Source of the DNA: an uncultured Planctomycetaceae bacterium
GTDB lineage: Bacteria > Planctomycetota > Planctomycetia > Planctomycetales > Planctomycetaceae
Direction of reading: 5' to 3'
DNA: 64,000 bases
Assembly: GCA_963813715.1 (NCBI GenBank)
Contig: CAWFAK010000007.1
Span: 832,001-896,000, forward strand
The first letter of the stretch is position 1. Each line of letters starts with the position of its first letter. Below, piece after piece: positions 45,292-54,004 of this stretch. The translations under genes were made by a program, and so were the position numbers. The notes under the pieces were generated by a model. The model had not been told where the DNA came from and did not search any database. It saw nothing but the letters and a program-made list of their open reading frames with translations.

Positions 45292-45330
45292 AATCTCATA
45301 CCTTTTCGCGGACACGCCAAAAAAGGACCC
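45292..45330 (+). repeat. Island repeat R9 (box A only)
   Basis: AATCTCATACCTTTTCGCGGACACGCCAAAAAAGGACC, close to the starts of R3 and R6. Confidence 0.85.
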
Positions 45331-45398
45331 TTTTCCCGAATTACCGACGGGCCATTCACTGCACCCCAGACTATCCCAACCTTGGCTCTATCGCGCCC

Positions 45399-45543
45399 GC
45401 TAAATAATTGCCATTTTGGTGTTATAATAAGGTGAGGGGGAGGCGTAGCCTTCGACGTCCCGACCCGACGCCAGCCCGACCAGGCCACGCCCGTGTCTAA
45501 GCGGGTGAAAACGGCTAAATAATTGCCAAAAGCGTGGTATAGT
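45399..45543 (+). promoter_or_regulatory. Two tandem extended -10 promoter candidates, each with an identical 15-bp upstream box
   Basis: GCTAAATAATTGCCA at 45399 and 45514, followed at identical spacing by TGTTATAAT and TGGTATAGT. Confidence 0.6.
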
Positions 45544-45592
45544 GACATGAGTGAAGTAGTGTAAGAGTTGAAATAGAAAAAGTTGTTGAGTC

Positions 45593-45629
45593 ACCCGCGG
45601 CCCCAGCAGTAGGCGGCCGCGGGTTTTTT
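45593..45629 (+). terminator. Terminator-like hairpin in the operon leader
   Basis: ACCCGCGGCC / GGCCGCGGGT stem followed by a T tract. Confidence 0.6.
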
Positions 45630-45666
45630 CGTTTCGAATGCTCAAAGAACCACCAACGGAGACCAA

Positions 45667-45870
45667 ATGACCGTCGCCTTGGCCAGTTGCTCGCTTGTAT
45701 TGATGGGGACCGTGGCCCTCCTGGTCCGCGAGGTCCGGCTTCGCCGGGCCCTCCAGCAACTCTTGTTTCGCCTTTTGACCCTGTGGAGACGTCTGCATGC
45801 AAAAGACGGCCCGCTGTCCGCCGATCAGGAGGGCCCTGATAATCCTCGGCTTGGTCGCGATCGGCTGTAG
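45667..45870 (+). CDS. Small hypothetical membrane-anchored protein
   Basis: GGAG RBS; hydrophobic N-terminus then REVRLRRALQQLL. Confidence 0.6.
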   Translation: MTVALASCSLVLMGTVALLVREVRLRRALQQLLFRLLTLWRRLHAKDGPLSADQEGPDNPRLGRDRL

Positions 45871-46375
45871 CTCCAGCGACGACCGCCTAGTCGACCTGTC
45901 CCAGAAAAGCGCCGATCGGCAGGCGGATCAAAACCGGCTGGTCGAAGCCAACAACCGGCAGGTTCTTGAAGCCACCAAAAAACTGGTGGAAGCGGACGCG
46001 AAGGGCCGCACCGAAAACCTCGAAATGCATCGCCAGATCGAGGTCGAACGCTCGGGCGTCAACGAGCAGCGAAATGCCCTTGAACTGGAGCGGCGACAAA
46101 TCGCCGCCCAGCGCAACCGTGACCCGATCATCGCGGAATCGATTCAGGTGACTGCCGGATTGATCGCCGCCGTTCTGCCTCTGCTCGTCTGCCTGTTTCT
46201 GCTTCGCGGACTCTTCGACAAGCCGGATCAGGATGCGCTAGCGGAGCTCCTGATCGAGGACCTTGTCTCTCGCGAGCCGCTGCTAGGCCATCCTGCTCGC
46301 CTCAGGCTGCCAGAGGCCGATAGCAATCCTCGATTGCCGGCTGCGCCAACGCCGGAAGGCTCCTCCATCACCTAG
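45797..46375 (+). CDS. Putative lipoprotein with a coiled coil and a C-terminal TM helix
   Basis: GGAG RBS; LVAIGC lipobox; Q/E/R-rich coil; GLIAAVLPLLVCLFLL. Confidence 0.75.
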   Translation: MQKTARCPPIRRALIILGLVAIGCSSSDDRLVDLSQKSADRQADQNRLVEANNRQVLEATKKLVEADAKGRTENLEMHRQIEVERSGVNEQRNALELERRQIAAQRNRDPIIAESIQVTAGLIAAVLPLLVCLFLLRGLFDKPDQDALAELLIEDLVSREPLLGHPARLRLPEADSNPRLPAAPTPEGSSIT

Positions 46376-46480
46376 AGCCACCTGCGGCGCCCTTGGCCAA
46401 CCACCTTCCTCAATTACCGCCCCCGTCGTGAAATCACCCTCTTTGCACTCAATGTCGCTCGGCGACAAGGAGTACCAACC

Positions 46481-46765
46481 ATGAACCAATCCGAAATTGA
46501 GCGCGCGGTGGCTCGGGCAACCGGCGAGTCTCGCCGCTTCGTCAAGCAATTCGGCTTCAGCTTGATCTCTGGCGAGCCGGAGCCCGACAACGATCCGGCC
46601 CTGGCCATCGATTGCCCCGGCTGCGGCGCCGTCTTTGATCCGTCAAACGGCTTGAATCTCGGCAGGGGACTCGAGTGTCCCCGGTGTGACGCCATTTATC
46701 CGGTCTCCCTCGACGAGTTCTACGTCGTTGACGGTCCGCGCCAGCCACTCGTCGCCTGTGCCTGA
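46481..46765 (+). CDS. Small protein with an HU-like N-terminal helix and a C4 zinc ribbon
   Basis: AAGGAG RBS; MNQSEIERAVARATGES; CPGC...CPRC. Confidence 0.75.
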   Translation: MNQSEIERAVARATGESRRFVKQFGFSLISGEPEPDNDPALAIDCPGCGAVFDPSNGLNLGRGLECPRCDAIYPVSLDEFYVVDGPRQPLVACA

Positions 46766-46811
46766 CGAAATCTTGTGACGATCCCATTCCCAGAATTCAA
46801 GGACCACCTTT

Positions 46812-47030
46812 ATGAAGTTGTTTTTCATCAACAATGACGGCGGCGGCTTTGCCGACACGATCGAAGTGTCCGATGGCACGTCGATCGCCCAACTCTTCGA
46901 ACAACGGGTGCCGCACGGCAAACCGGCGGACTACTTGATCCGCGTCAATCGACAGCCGGTGGCGGCCGGCCAAGCCCTGCGAGAAGGTGATCGGGTGAGC
47001 GTCACACCCACGAAGATCGAGGGCGCGTAA
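46812..47030 (+). CDS. Ubiquitin-like (ThiS/MoaD beta-grasp) protein
   Basis: 72 aa; [19 protein letters not shown]-terminal KIEGA. Confidence 0.88.
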   Translation: MKLFFINNDGGGFADTIEVSDGTSIAQLFEQRVPHGKPADYLIRVNRQPVAAGQALREGDRVSVTPTKIEGA

Positions 47031-47055
47031 GCAACAGAGTCCGTGGCAATTAACT

Positions 47056-47094
47056 GAGGGGCGCTGGCTCGCTTGCCGGCGCCCCTCGCTTTTT
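47056..47094 (+). terminator. Intra-operon hairpin/terminator after the Ubl gene
   Basis: GAGGGGCGC..GCGCCCCTC stem followed by TTTTT. Confidence 0.65.
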
Positions 47095-47122
47095 GTTCCG
47101 CACCATGCCAGAAGGGAGAACC

Positions 47123-48181
47123 ATGCACGCCCAGCACAAAGTGCTGTTGCGGACAGCGGAACGGATTTCGGCGCACGTGCACCGACTCAGAGCAACTCCG
47201 CTCTCGGTTGAGCTGCCGGAGGAAGACTGGAACTACGCCAAGCGCTTGCTGCGGCAGCTCGACGTCTGCCAGGAACGTGACTGGACGGAAGCCGCCGCGC
47301 TCTTGGCGGACCGCTTGCAGCGGGCGTTGGAGCGTTGTTGCGAGCGATTTCAAGAAATCAACCGCCAAGTCTCGGGACACGGCTCACCGCTGTTCGTTCA
47401 GAGCACCCGCGACAGTTTCGATGACCTTGTGTCACTGGCGGCTGAATTCGAGGCGGTATCGGTCGACGGGCCGAACCATACGGTTTCCGTCACCACCGAT
47501 TCGATCGTCCTCGAAGAGATCAACCTCGGGCCCTTTGAGATCCGGCTGCAGTGGGACCGGATCGGCGACCGGCGTCCTTACAGCGTCATCGCCTTGAACC
47601 CCAACCCGGCCGGGGAGTCGAGCGAAACCACTCACCCGCACGTCAAGGGTGAGCAGCTCTGCGAAGGCGATGGCCGCATGGCCATCGATCGGGCCCTCCG
47701 CGCCGGCCGGCTGCTCGACTTCTTTCAACTCGTGAGCCGGATACTCGAGACCTACAACCCGGGCAGCGCCTACGTCGCGCTCTCGGAATGGAACGGCAGC
47801 CCCTGCAGTGATTGCGGCGACGTCGCCGCCGAGGAGGGCCAATACACCTGCGACCGCTGTGGCGACCGGCTCTGCCGCGACTGTCTCAGCTCCTGCTGCC
47901 GTTGCGAGGCGCTCTGCTGCCAGTCTTGCACCAACTTCTGCCGCCAGTGCGAGGAATCGATTTGCTCGGGCTGCCAACAGACCTGCACGCACTGCGATCG
48001 GTCGCTTTGCTGCTCATGTCTTTCAGAAACCGGCCTCTGTGAAGAGTGCCAGGAGGAACACGATGCACACAATGTCGATGAGGATGAAGACCAATGCCCG
48101 CCCCTGGAAGCCGAGACGCCTGCTCCGTCGGCCCCGGGAGATGCGGACCCGCAGTCGGCGACGGCCGCGGTTACGGTTTAG
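47123..48181 (+). CDS. E2/UBC-like protein fused to tandem Cys-rich zinc-binding repeats
   Basis: [12 protein letters not shown] (cf. UBC HPN..G.IC) and downstream YNPGSAY; four CxxC-x4-CxxC repeats; position in a Ubl-JAB-E1 operon. Confidence 0.7.
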   Translation: MHAQHKVLLRTAERISAHVHRLRATPLSVELPEEDWNYAKRLLRQLDVCQERDWTEAAALLADRLQRALERCCERFQEINRQVSGHGSPLFVQSTRDSFDDLVSLAAEFEAVSVDGPNHTVSVTTDSIVLEEINLGPFEIRLQWDRIGDRRPYSVIALNPNPAGESSETTHPHVKGEQLCEGDGRMAIDRALRAGRLLDFFQLVSRILETYNPGSAYVALSEWNGSPCSDCGDVAAEEGQYTCDRCGDRLCRDCLSSCCRCEALCCQSCTNFCRQCEESICSGCQQTCTHCDRSLCCSCLSETGLCEECQEEHDAHNVDEDEDQCPPLEAETPAPSAPGDADPQSATAAVTV

Positions 48182-48803
48182 CCCCACGGCCTGGGCCAAG
48201 CTGCTGTTCGTCCGCGACCGCGGCTCAACCGAGGTTGGCGGGTTCGGCATCACGTCGGCAGACGATCTGCTGTACGTCGAAGACATGCGCTTAGTGAAAC
48301 AAGTCTGTACGTCGGTTTCTGTGGTCTTCGACGACGCGGCTGTCGCCGAGTTCTTTGACGAGCAGAATGATGCCGCGCGCAAGCCCGAACAGTTTGGACG
48401 GATTTGGATCCACACCCATCCGGGGCAGTCGCCTGAGCCGAGCCCTGTCGACGAAGAGACGTTTGCCCGAGTCTTCGGGCCATGCGATTGGGCGGTAATG
48501 TTCATCCTCGCCCGCGAGGGTGCGGATTATTGTCGCCTGCGGTTCCGGGCCGGCCCGGGAGGCGAGTGGGTGATTCCAGTGGGCATCGATTTTCAAGGCC
48601 GTTTCGCGGGCTCAAATCGCGACGCTTGGGCCGCAGAGTACGAGGCGACCGTCTGCCAACCGGAAGTCCGGCTCACCGGTCTGCCCTCGGCGCAAATCGG
48701 AGCGAACTCGGCAGCGCTGACCGAGACGGATGACCTGTTCGACAGCTTTTGGGTAACCTTCGACTGGGAAAGGGGTCTCGATCTCCATGAACACACGCTT
48801 TGA
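48084..48803 (+). CDS. JAB/MPN+ (JAMM) metalloprotease
   Basis: EVGGFG ... [16 protein letters not shown], a complete E..HxH..S..D motif; start 48084 or 48141. Confidence 0.9.
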   Translation: MKTNARPWKPRRLLRRPREMRTRSRRRPRLRFSPTAWAKLLFVRDRGSTEVGGFGITSADDLLYVEDMRLVKQVCTSVSVVFDDAAVAEFFDEQNDAARKPEQFGRIWIHTHPGQSPEPSPVDEETFARVFGPCDWAVMFILAREGADYCRLRFRAGPGGEWVIPVGIDFQGRFAGSNRDAWAAEYEATVCQPEVRLTGLPSAQIGANSAALTETDDLFDSFWVTFDWERGLDLHEHTL

Positions 48804-49481
48804 GCGACAACAGGATCTCGTTCCGCAAGACCGCCTTGCCGCCCTGACGGCCACTGTTATCGGAGTGGGCGCGATTGGCAGGCAGGTGGCCTTACAGCTG
48901 GCGGCGATTGGAATCCCCCGCCTGCAACTCGTCGACTTCGACCAGGTCGAGCAACCAACGTCACGAGTCAAGGCTACTGGCAGGCGGATGTCGGTCAGCT
49001 CAAGGTCGACGCCACCCGCGCGGCCGTCGAGGCCATCGATCCGACGATCGCGGTTGAAAATTGTGCTGACCGATTCCGCTCCAAACAGTCCGTGGGCGAG
49101 GCGGTCTTTTGCTGCGTCGATAGCATTTCGGCCCGAGCCGCAATCTGGCGGGCAGTTGAGCACCGCTGCGAATTCTGGGCCGACGGTCGAATGCTGGGAG
49201 AGGTGATTCGCGTGCTCGTTGCCTCAGACGGCGCCACCGGCGATGAATACGCGTCGACGCTCTTTCCGCAGGCCGAGGCCCAGCTCGGACAATGTACGTC
49301 CCACAGCACGATTTACGTCGCCTCAATCGCCGCAGGGCTGATGGTCCACCAGTTCAGCCGCTGGTTGCGGAATTTGGCGATTGACGACGACGCCACCATT
49401 AATCTCTTGGCGGGCGAGTGGGCTCAATGCTCGCAGAGCCATGACCTGACGATTCGTCCGCGCCGCGCACCAGACTCATAA
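48787..49481 (+). CDS. ThiF/MoeB/E1-family adenylyltransferase (frameshift near 48953)
   Basis: [21 protein letters not shown], then [25 protein letters not shown], candidate catalytic Cys in GQCT. Confidence 0.9.
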
Positions 49482-49685
49482 AACGCGTAATCGACTACGC
49501 CTCTGATTTGGTGGGTCTGCTCCCGCAGCGACACTCGGCTTGGATCATCCTTTTAAATTGCGATCGCGGCCCGCCGTGTTGTGTTTGAGCGGCCGCCCCG
49601 CGCAGGCCGGATCCGCCCGAAATGGCTCCAATCACGGTTCTCAAAAATGACGGACCAACTGATGTCCTTTTGGGAGACCATCGCT

Positions 49686-49907
49686 ATGGAATCCGACGAA
49701 CGACGGTTACTAGGCGCGCTAAGTAATCGGGGTGAAGCTCGTGAACACTTGGCCCGCCAGATAGGCAGGTTGCTTGCGCGCGAATGGCTGCGCTCGAAGC
49801 ATCAGGGCCGCCAAGGCGGCGTTGGGGCGTCAGGCGGGGCCACGACCAAAACCGACGCCCCTTCTTCGAGGGAAATAACGGATGAATCACCTAAGAGACC
49901 GATTTGA
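49686..49907 (+). CDS. Small hypothetical protein
   Basis: GGGAG RBS; amphipathic helix HLARQIGRLLAREW. Confidence 0.5.
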   Translation: MESDERRLLGALSNRGEAREHLARQIGRLLAREWLRSKHQGRQGGVGASGGATTKTDAPSSREITDESPKRPI

Positions 49908-50117
49908 CAAATCGGGGGAAAAAAAGGACGCGAAAATTTTTTTCCGTGCCGGTCGGTTCAGACTTGCATTGTTGCCCTTCGCGCTCGCCCGACGTGATGC
50001 TAGACCCGATCCGCCGACCGAGCTTTGTGTCGCGGCGAAGACCCTGGGTCCGCGTCCGCTTTAAGAAAAGTGATTTCACGGAAGACCGTCGGTTTCAATG
50101 CCAGGGAGGATTCCGCC

Positions 50118-50576
50118 ATGCAGAGACCGTTTCGACCGATGCCCAGCGAGTTTCGCGGAACGCTGTTCAGCGACGCGGCGAACCTGCAATTTGGCCCAAG
50201 TTGTCCTTTGCCAAGCGTCCAAGAGGGAAGGGCTCTGCTCGTGAATGAGCTTCAGATTAACTACTCACAGCCCGTCAACCGCCTCTACGCACTGGACTCG
50301 TCCCGGGTCTACTTCGTTGCCGGGAGGACCATAGGTATCGCTTGCCTTAAGAGAGTTCTCGGTTCACCTGGGGGAATGCAGGCGTTCTTCGCGGCGATCA
50401 GTCCCAATCGCGCGATTTCGTCGAATGTCGTCGAATTCGCGGGGCTCATCAAAGCGAAGGCGTCTCTAAATTGCTATTGCGCAGAGGGATGTGATTTGAA
50501 GTCGGTCGGCTTCATCGCGGTCGCTGGTGGCATCGCCGTCAGCGAAAGCACAGCTTTCGACTTTTCGAAATCTTGA
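50118..50576 (+). CDS. Hypothetical protein
   Basis: GGAGG RBS, 152-aa ORF, no family recognised. Confidence 0.55.
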   Translation: MQRPFRPMPSEFRGTLFSDAANLQFGPSCPLPSVQEGRALLVNELQINYSQPVNRLYALDSSRVYFVAGRTIGIACLKRVLGSPGGMQAFFAAISPNRAISSNVVEFAGLIKAKASLNCYCAEGCDLKSVGFIAVAGGIAVSESTAFDFSKS

Positions 50577-50692
50577 GGACAGCACCGCGTCGACTCGGTG
50601 ACGTGCACTCTGCAGGGCGTGGGGCAACGCTTGAACGCCGCGCACGCTGCTCATCCATTTTGCTGGATCGAATCTGAAGACGGTACATTCCG

Positions 50693-51787
50693 ATGCACGA
50701 AGCAATTAGAGAATTCGGATGCCGCCGCGAAATGACTACGGGTCGGCAACCTCCATACGTAGATTTGCCGGGATTTGTATCGTTCGAGCCTTCATGGATG
50801 GAATTCAGTCGGCGACACCCCGAATGGCTACGGAAGCGACAGTCCGAAAGCGATGTCGTCTATCGGCTCCCTGAGGCCGTGCTCAGCTTGCTCGGGGCCG
50901 ATCTGAAGCTCGATCGACGCGACCTGACTGCAGAAGCAGCATTCGATCGGCTCTGCCTTCGCGTTAAAGCCGTCGCCGTTTGGAACAATCGACCGATTCC
51001 GTACCGTTGGTTGCTTCCAACACCCGCCCCGATCCCCCAGCCGCAGATTGAGGGGATGACTTCGCTCGGGCTGACGCCGGAACAAGTCCGGAGGGTGCCC
51101 GAGGTGCTGCAGCGTATGGGCGACATGTCGGAGAGGTCGCAGAGTATCGCCGGTCGTCGAATCTCTGACCCCCAGTTTCTTGCCGCGTGCGATCACCTGC
51201 GCCATGACTGGAACTCGCTTGCCGATGCCGAGCGGCCTGAGCTTCCCCTCTCGCGGACGCAAAAGTGTGAAGCAGAGGCCGATTGGTCTAGGGCGGATGG
51301 CGCGCCAGATGCGATGGGCGAATTCTGCGGCAAATTTGAAGACTTTTGCCGCCGTTGGGGCCTGCTGGGGATGGCGACCTGGGATCTGCCGGATCCAGGA
51401 GAGCTCATGTGGCCGGACTTGACTCAGCGTCCACAGTTGAGTCGTGCCGACGAGGTCACCTTTCGAACGCCTCTGGATTTTCCCATGCTGGAGAGCGATG
51501 GGCTGGGGGAAATCGCGCGCGATCAGCATGCAGCATCTGCCAACAAGGCCGGGATTGTCGATCTGAGGCGGTGGGAGACGTACGCTCGTTTCCTCGAGAT
51601 CGATCATTGGGAGCGAGTTCTCAGGACAAGGTATACGGGCGGCGAGCGTCCCCGGAATTACGTCACCTTCCTTGAGGCAACAATCGGCAAGATCGTCGAT
51701 CTCGACGTTGAGCGTGTGCACAAGCTTCGGAAGTGGATGCGCGCACTGAAATCCGGACGGCGGACGAACCTGGCTTCTTGTCGCTAA
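50693..51787 (+). CDS. Hypothetical protein
   Basis: 364-aa ORF with protein-like composition; start 50693 or 50732; no family recognised. Confidence 0.7.
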   Translation: MHEAIREFGCRREMTTGRQPPYVDLPGFVSFEPSWMEFSRRHPEWLRKRQSESDVVYRLPEAVLSLLGADLKLDRRDLTAEAAFDRLCLRVKAVAVWNNRPIPYRWLLPTPAPIPQPQIEGMTSLGLTPEQVRRVPEVLQRMGDMSERSQSIAGRRISDPQFLAACDHLRHDWNSLADAERPELPLSRTQKCEAEADWSRADGAPDAMGEFCGKFEDFCRRWGLLGMATWDLPDPGELMWPDLTQRPQLSRADEVTFRTPLDFPMLESDGLGEIARDQHAASANKAGIVDLRRWETYARFLEIDHWERVLRTRYTGGERPRNYVTFLEATIGKIVDLDVERVHKLRKWMRALKSGRRTNLASCR

Positions 51788-51950
51788 GCCACTGCTGCAA
51801 TTGGGCTTAGTAGAGGGGCGCGCGGCAGCACCAAGCGCGCCCGGCTTTTCCCGCCCGATCGCTCAGACTGCCGCTGCCTAACACGTGCGGGCGAACTCGT
51901 CGCATCAGCGACGAGCGTCCGGCAACACACACGTGTCGGCGGTGGGACCT

Positions 51951-52195
51951 ATGCCGAGACCGCGCGGAGCATCGTTACTCGAGAGGCGATTGCCGAAGCG
52001 TTCGCCAAGGCGGGGCAGGCCGATCACCTGGTTATCTCTCCCGAAGAGCTCGCGGCAATTGTCGGCCTCAAGAAGAAGACCATTTACGTCTGGATTGCGC
52101 AGGGGCGTCTCGACGGATCGTTCACCAAAGTCGGCAAGCACATTCTGATCTGGCGCGACAAGGCGATTGACACTCTCTTTAACAGCCCGAAATAG
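51951..52195 (+). CDS. Excisionase-like HTH protein (5' frameshift; absent from the ORF track)
   Basis: Frame ending at TAG 52195 reads ISPEELAAIVGLKKKTIYVWIAQGRLDGSFTKVGKHILIWRD; ATG at 51951 is out of frame. Confidence 0.8.
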
Positions 52196-52209
52196 GAGCC
52201 CAAAAGGAA

Positions 52210-53342
52210 ATGCAAGAAGACAGAGACATCGTCGGCAACCGAGTGCGGATCTACCCGCGCGGAATCAAACGAATCTACTGCGCCGACTTCTGGCACGAGG
52301 GCAAACACTGCCGAGTCTCGTTGAAGACGCGAAACCGCAAGGTGGCCGTCGAACGCGCGGTTGCTTTGGCAAACGCGTTGCAGGAAGGAACCTATCAAAG
52401 CCGAGGGCCGGAAGTGACCATTGCCGTAGCGAAAGACTCATTCCTCGCCTTCGTGGCCATGGAAGGTCGGGCTTTAAAGACTCGCACGCGCTACGCGACC
52501 ACGTTGCGAACGTTTCAGACCTTTTGTGAATCGCGGAAAATCATGCGGCTTTCAAAGGTGACGCCTCTCGTCGTGGACGCGTACCGGGCCGAGCGAAGAA
52601 AAACTTGCAGTCCATCAACGGTCTTTATCGAGACGGTGGTCGCCAAGCAGCTCTTACGCTGGTGTCATAGCCGGCGACTGATCGCGGTGAATCCCTTGGC
52701 CAGCTACAGGGTCCCAAAGGTCATTTCCAAGAAGCGGTCCTCACCGAGCCTTGAAGACGTGCAAGCGATCCTTTCGGGCTCACGTCCCCGTCTTCAGCGA
52801 ATCTTGGGTACTCTGGCTTTCGCAGGTCTTCGGATCGGGGAATTGCGTCAGTTACGCGTCGAAGACGTCGATCTTGCCGATGGTTGGATCCGTGTCGAAT
52901 CACGTGAAGGTGCGGAAACCAAAACGCATCGCTCGAGAAAGATTCCGATTCACCCAGTCCTTCGCGAGATCCTCAAGGAGCAGAGTCGACAGGGCATTGG
53001 TTCTTCAAGACCGAGCGGGGTGGGGACACTCGTGAAGGTAGTCACCCAATCGCGCCAAACAAGATCAACAAGCAGTTCCAGAAAGTCGCCGCAGCAATTG
53101 GCCTGCCTGTGGGCCTCAAGGACAACGGGTACACCATCCACTCACTACGGCACTTTTTCGAGACCTTCACCGTCAACAGCCGAATTCCACAGCCTGTTGT
53201 CGATACTTGGATGGGTCATCAAGGCGTCCGCTCGATGGGCAAGGTGTATTACGAGCTCGCTGATGCTGAGTCCCAACGATTCATGCGGGAAGTGTCGTTC
53301 TCGCTCAAGACCACCGCGTGCGCCTCAGGCACGCAAGTCTAA
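52210..53342 (+). CDS. Tyrosine recombinase/integrase (frameshift near 52990)
   Basis: GLRIGEL (R), TKTHRSRKIP (K), then HSLRHFF (HxxR), WMGH and VYY in the shifted frame; N-terminal arm-binding-like region. Confidence 0.92.
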
Positions 53343-54004
53343 CCTCAAAACAGAAGGGTTTCCGCCAATGTGCAATCAACTTCGCCGACGCCATCCAATG
53401 CTCAGTCAGCAGATCGCGGCTGGCCTGGCGCTGTTCGCGATGACCGTCATAATGTCCGGCGTCGCAAGTCGGACCGCCGCAGCCGCCCTGGACAAATCCT
53501 GGACAACCGGGGGGCACGCAAAAAACCAAGGCTCGCAAGGTGTTCGACGTTCAGCACTTACGATCATCGGCTCTTTGCGGGCTGAGAGTAGTGAAAAAGG
53601 ATCCCCACCACCAGCAGAGATCCTTTTTTCGTCCCCGGCGGGGATCTTCCCCACCAGCCAAAGCGGGTCCAATCACGATCCGTGTCCCGTCCCGCGAGGG
53701 CGCTGGGTCAACTACTTATTGAAAGAATGTGTCCCGACCCACCGGACAGTCTCTTTTCGCCTCCCGCCCGACGAGACGCACGCCGACCGTCTCCGGCGCG
53801 GGGCCAATACTCGACGCTACCACGCGTAATTCAATGCGCGGAGCCCGAGTTTCTACGCCCGCATAAACAATAAACAAGTTGAGAAATTGCTGGCCGATCG
53901 CTGGCAAGCACGGATCCGAGACATCACGAAGGCGGGTCCGTGAGAGAATGAAATACGCAGTCGAGCCGCAATACAATTGAGTCGCCTATCCAGGAGCAAC
54001 GAAC

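Noticed and set aside
3731..45330. Repeat family as a CRISPR array or integron attC sites
   Set aside because: Copies are kilobases apart and degenerate, there are no cas genes, and I saw no RYYYAAC/GTTRRRY ends with a long bottom-strand hairpin.
46812..49481. ThiS/MoaD-ThiF as cofactor biosynthesis genes
   Set aside because: No thiG, moaE or cysM nearby; the E2-like and JAB genes lie between them; the Ubl lacks a free GG end.
2190..52995. Programmed frameshifting as the cause of split genes
   Set aside because: No consistent slippery sequence, and the affected families (RND, TolC, NtrC) are not known to use it.
53595..53615. GGATCCCCACCACCA as a tRNA 3' end att site
   Set aside because: No T-loop (GTTCRA) or acceptor-stem context.
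53000..53829. Long C-terminal extension of the 539-aa integrase ORF
   Set aside because: Frameshift artefact; the catalytic HxxR, H and Y residues are in the frame ending at 53342.
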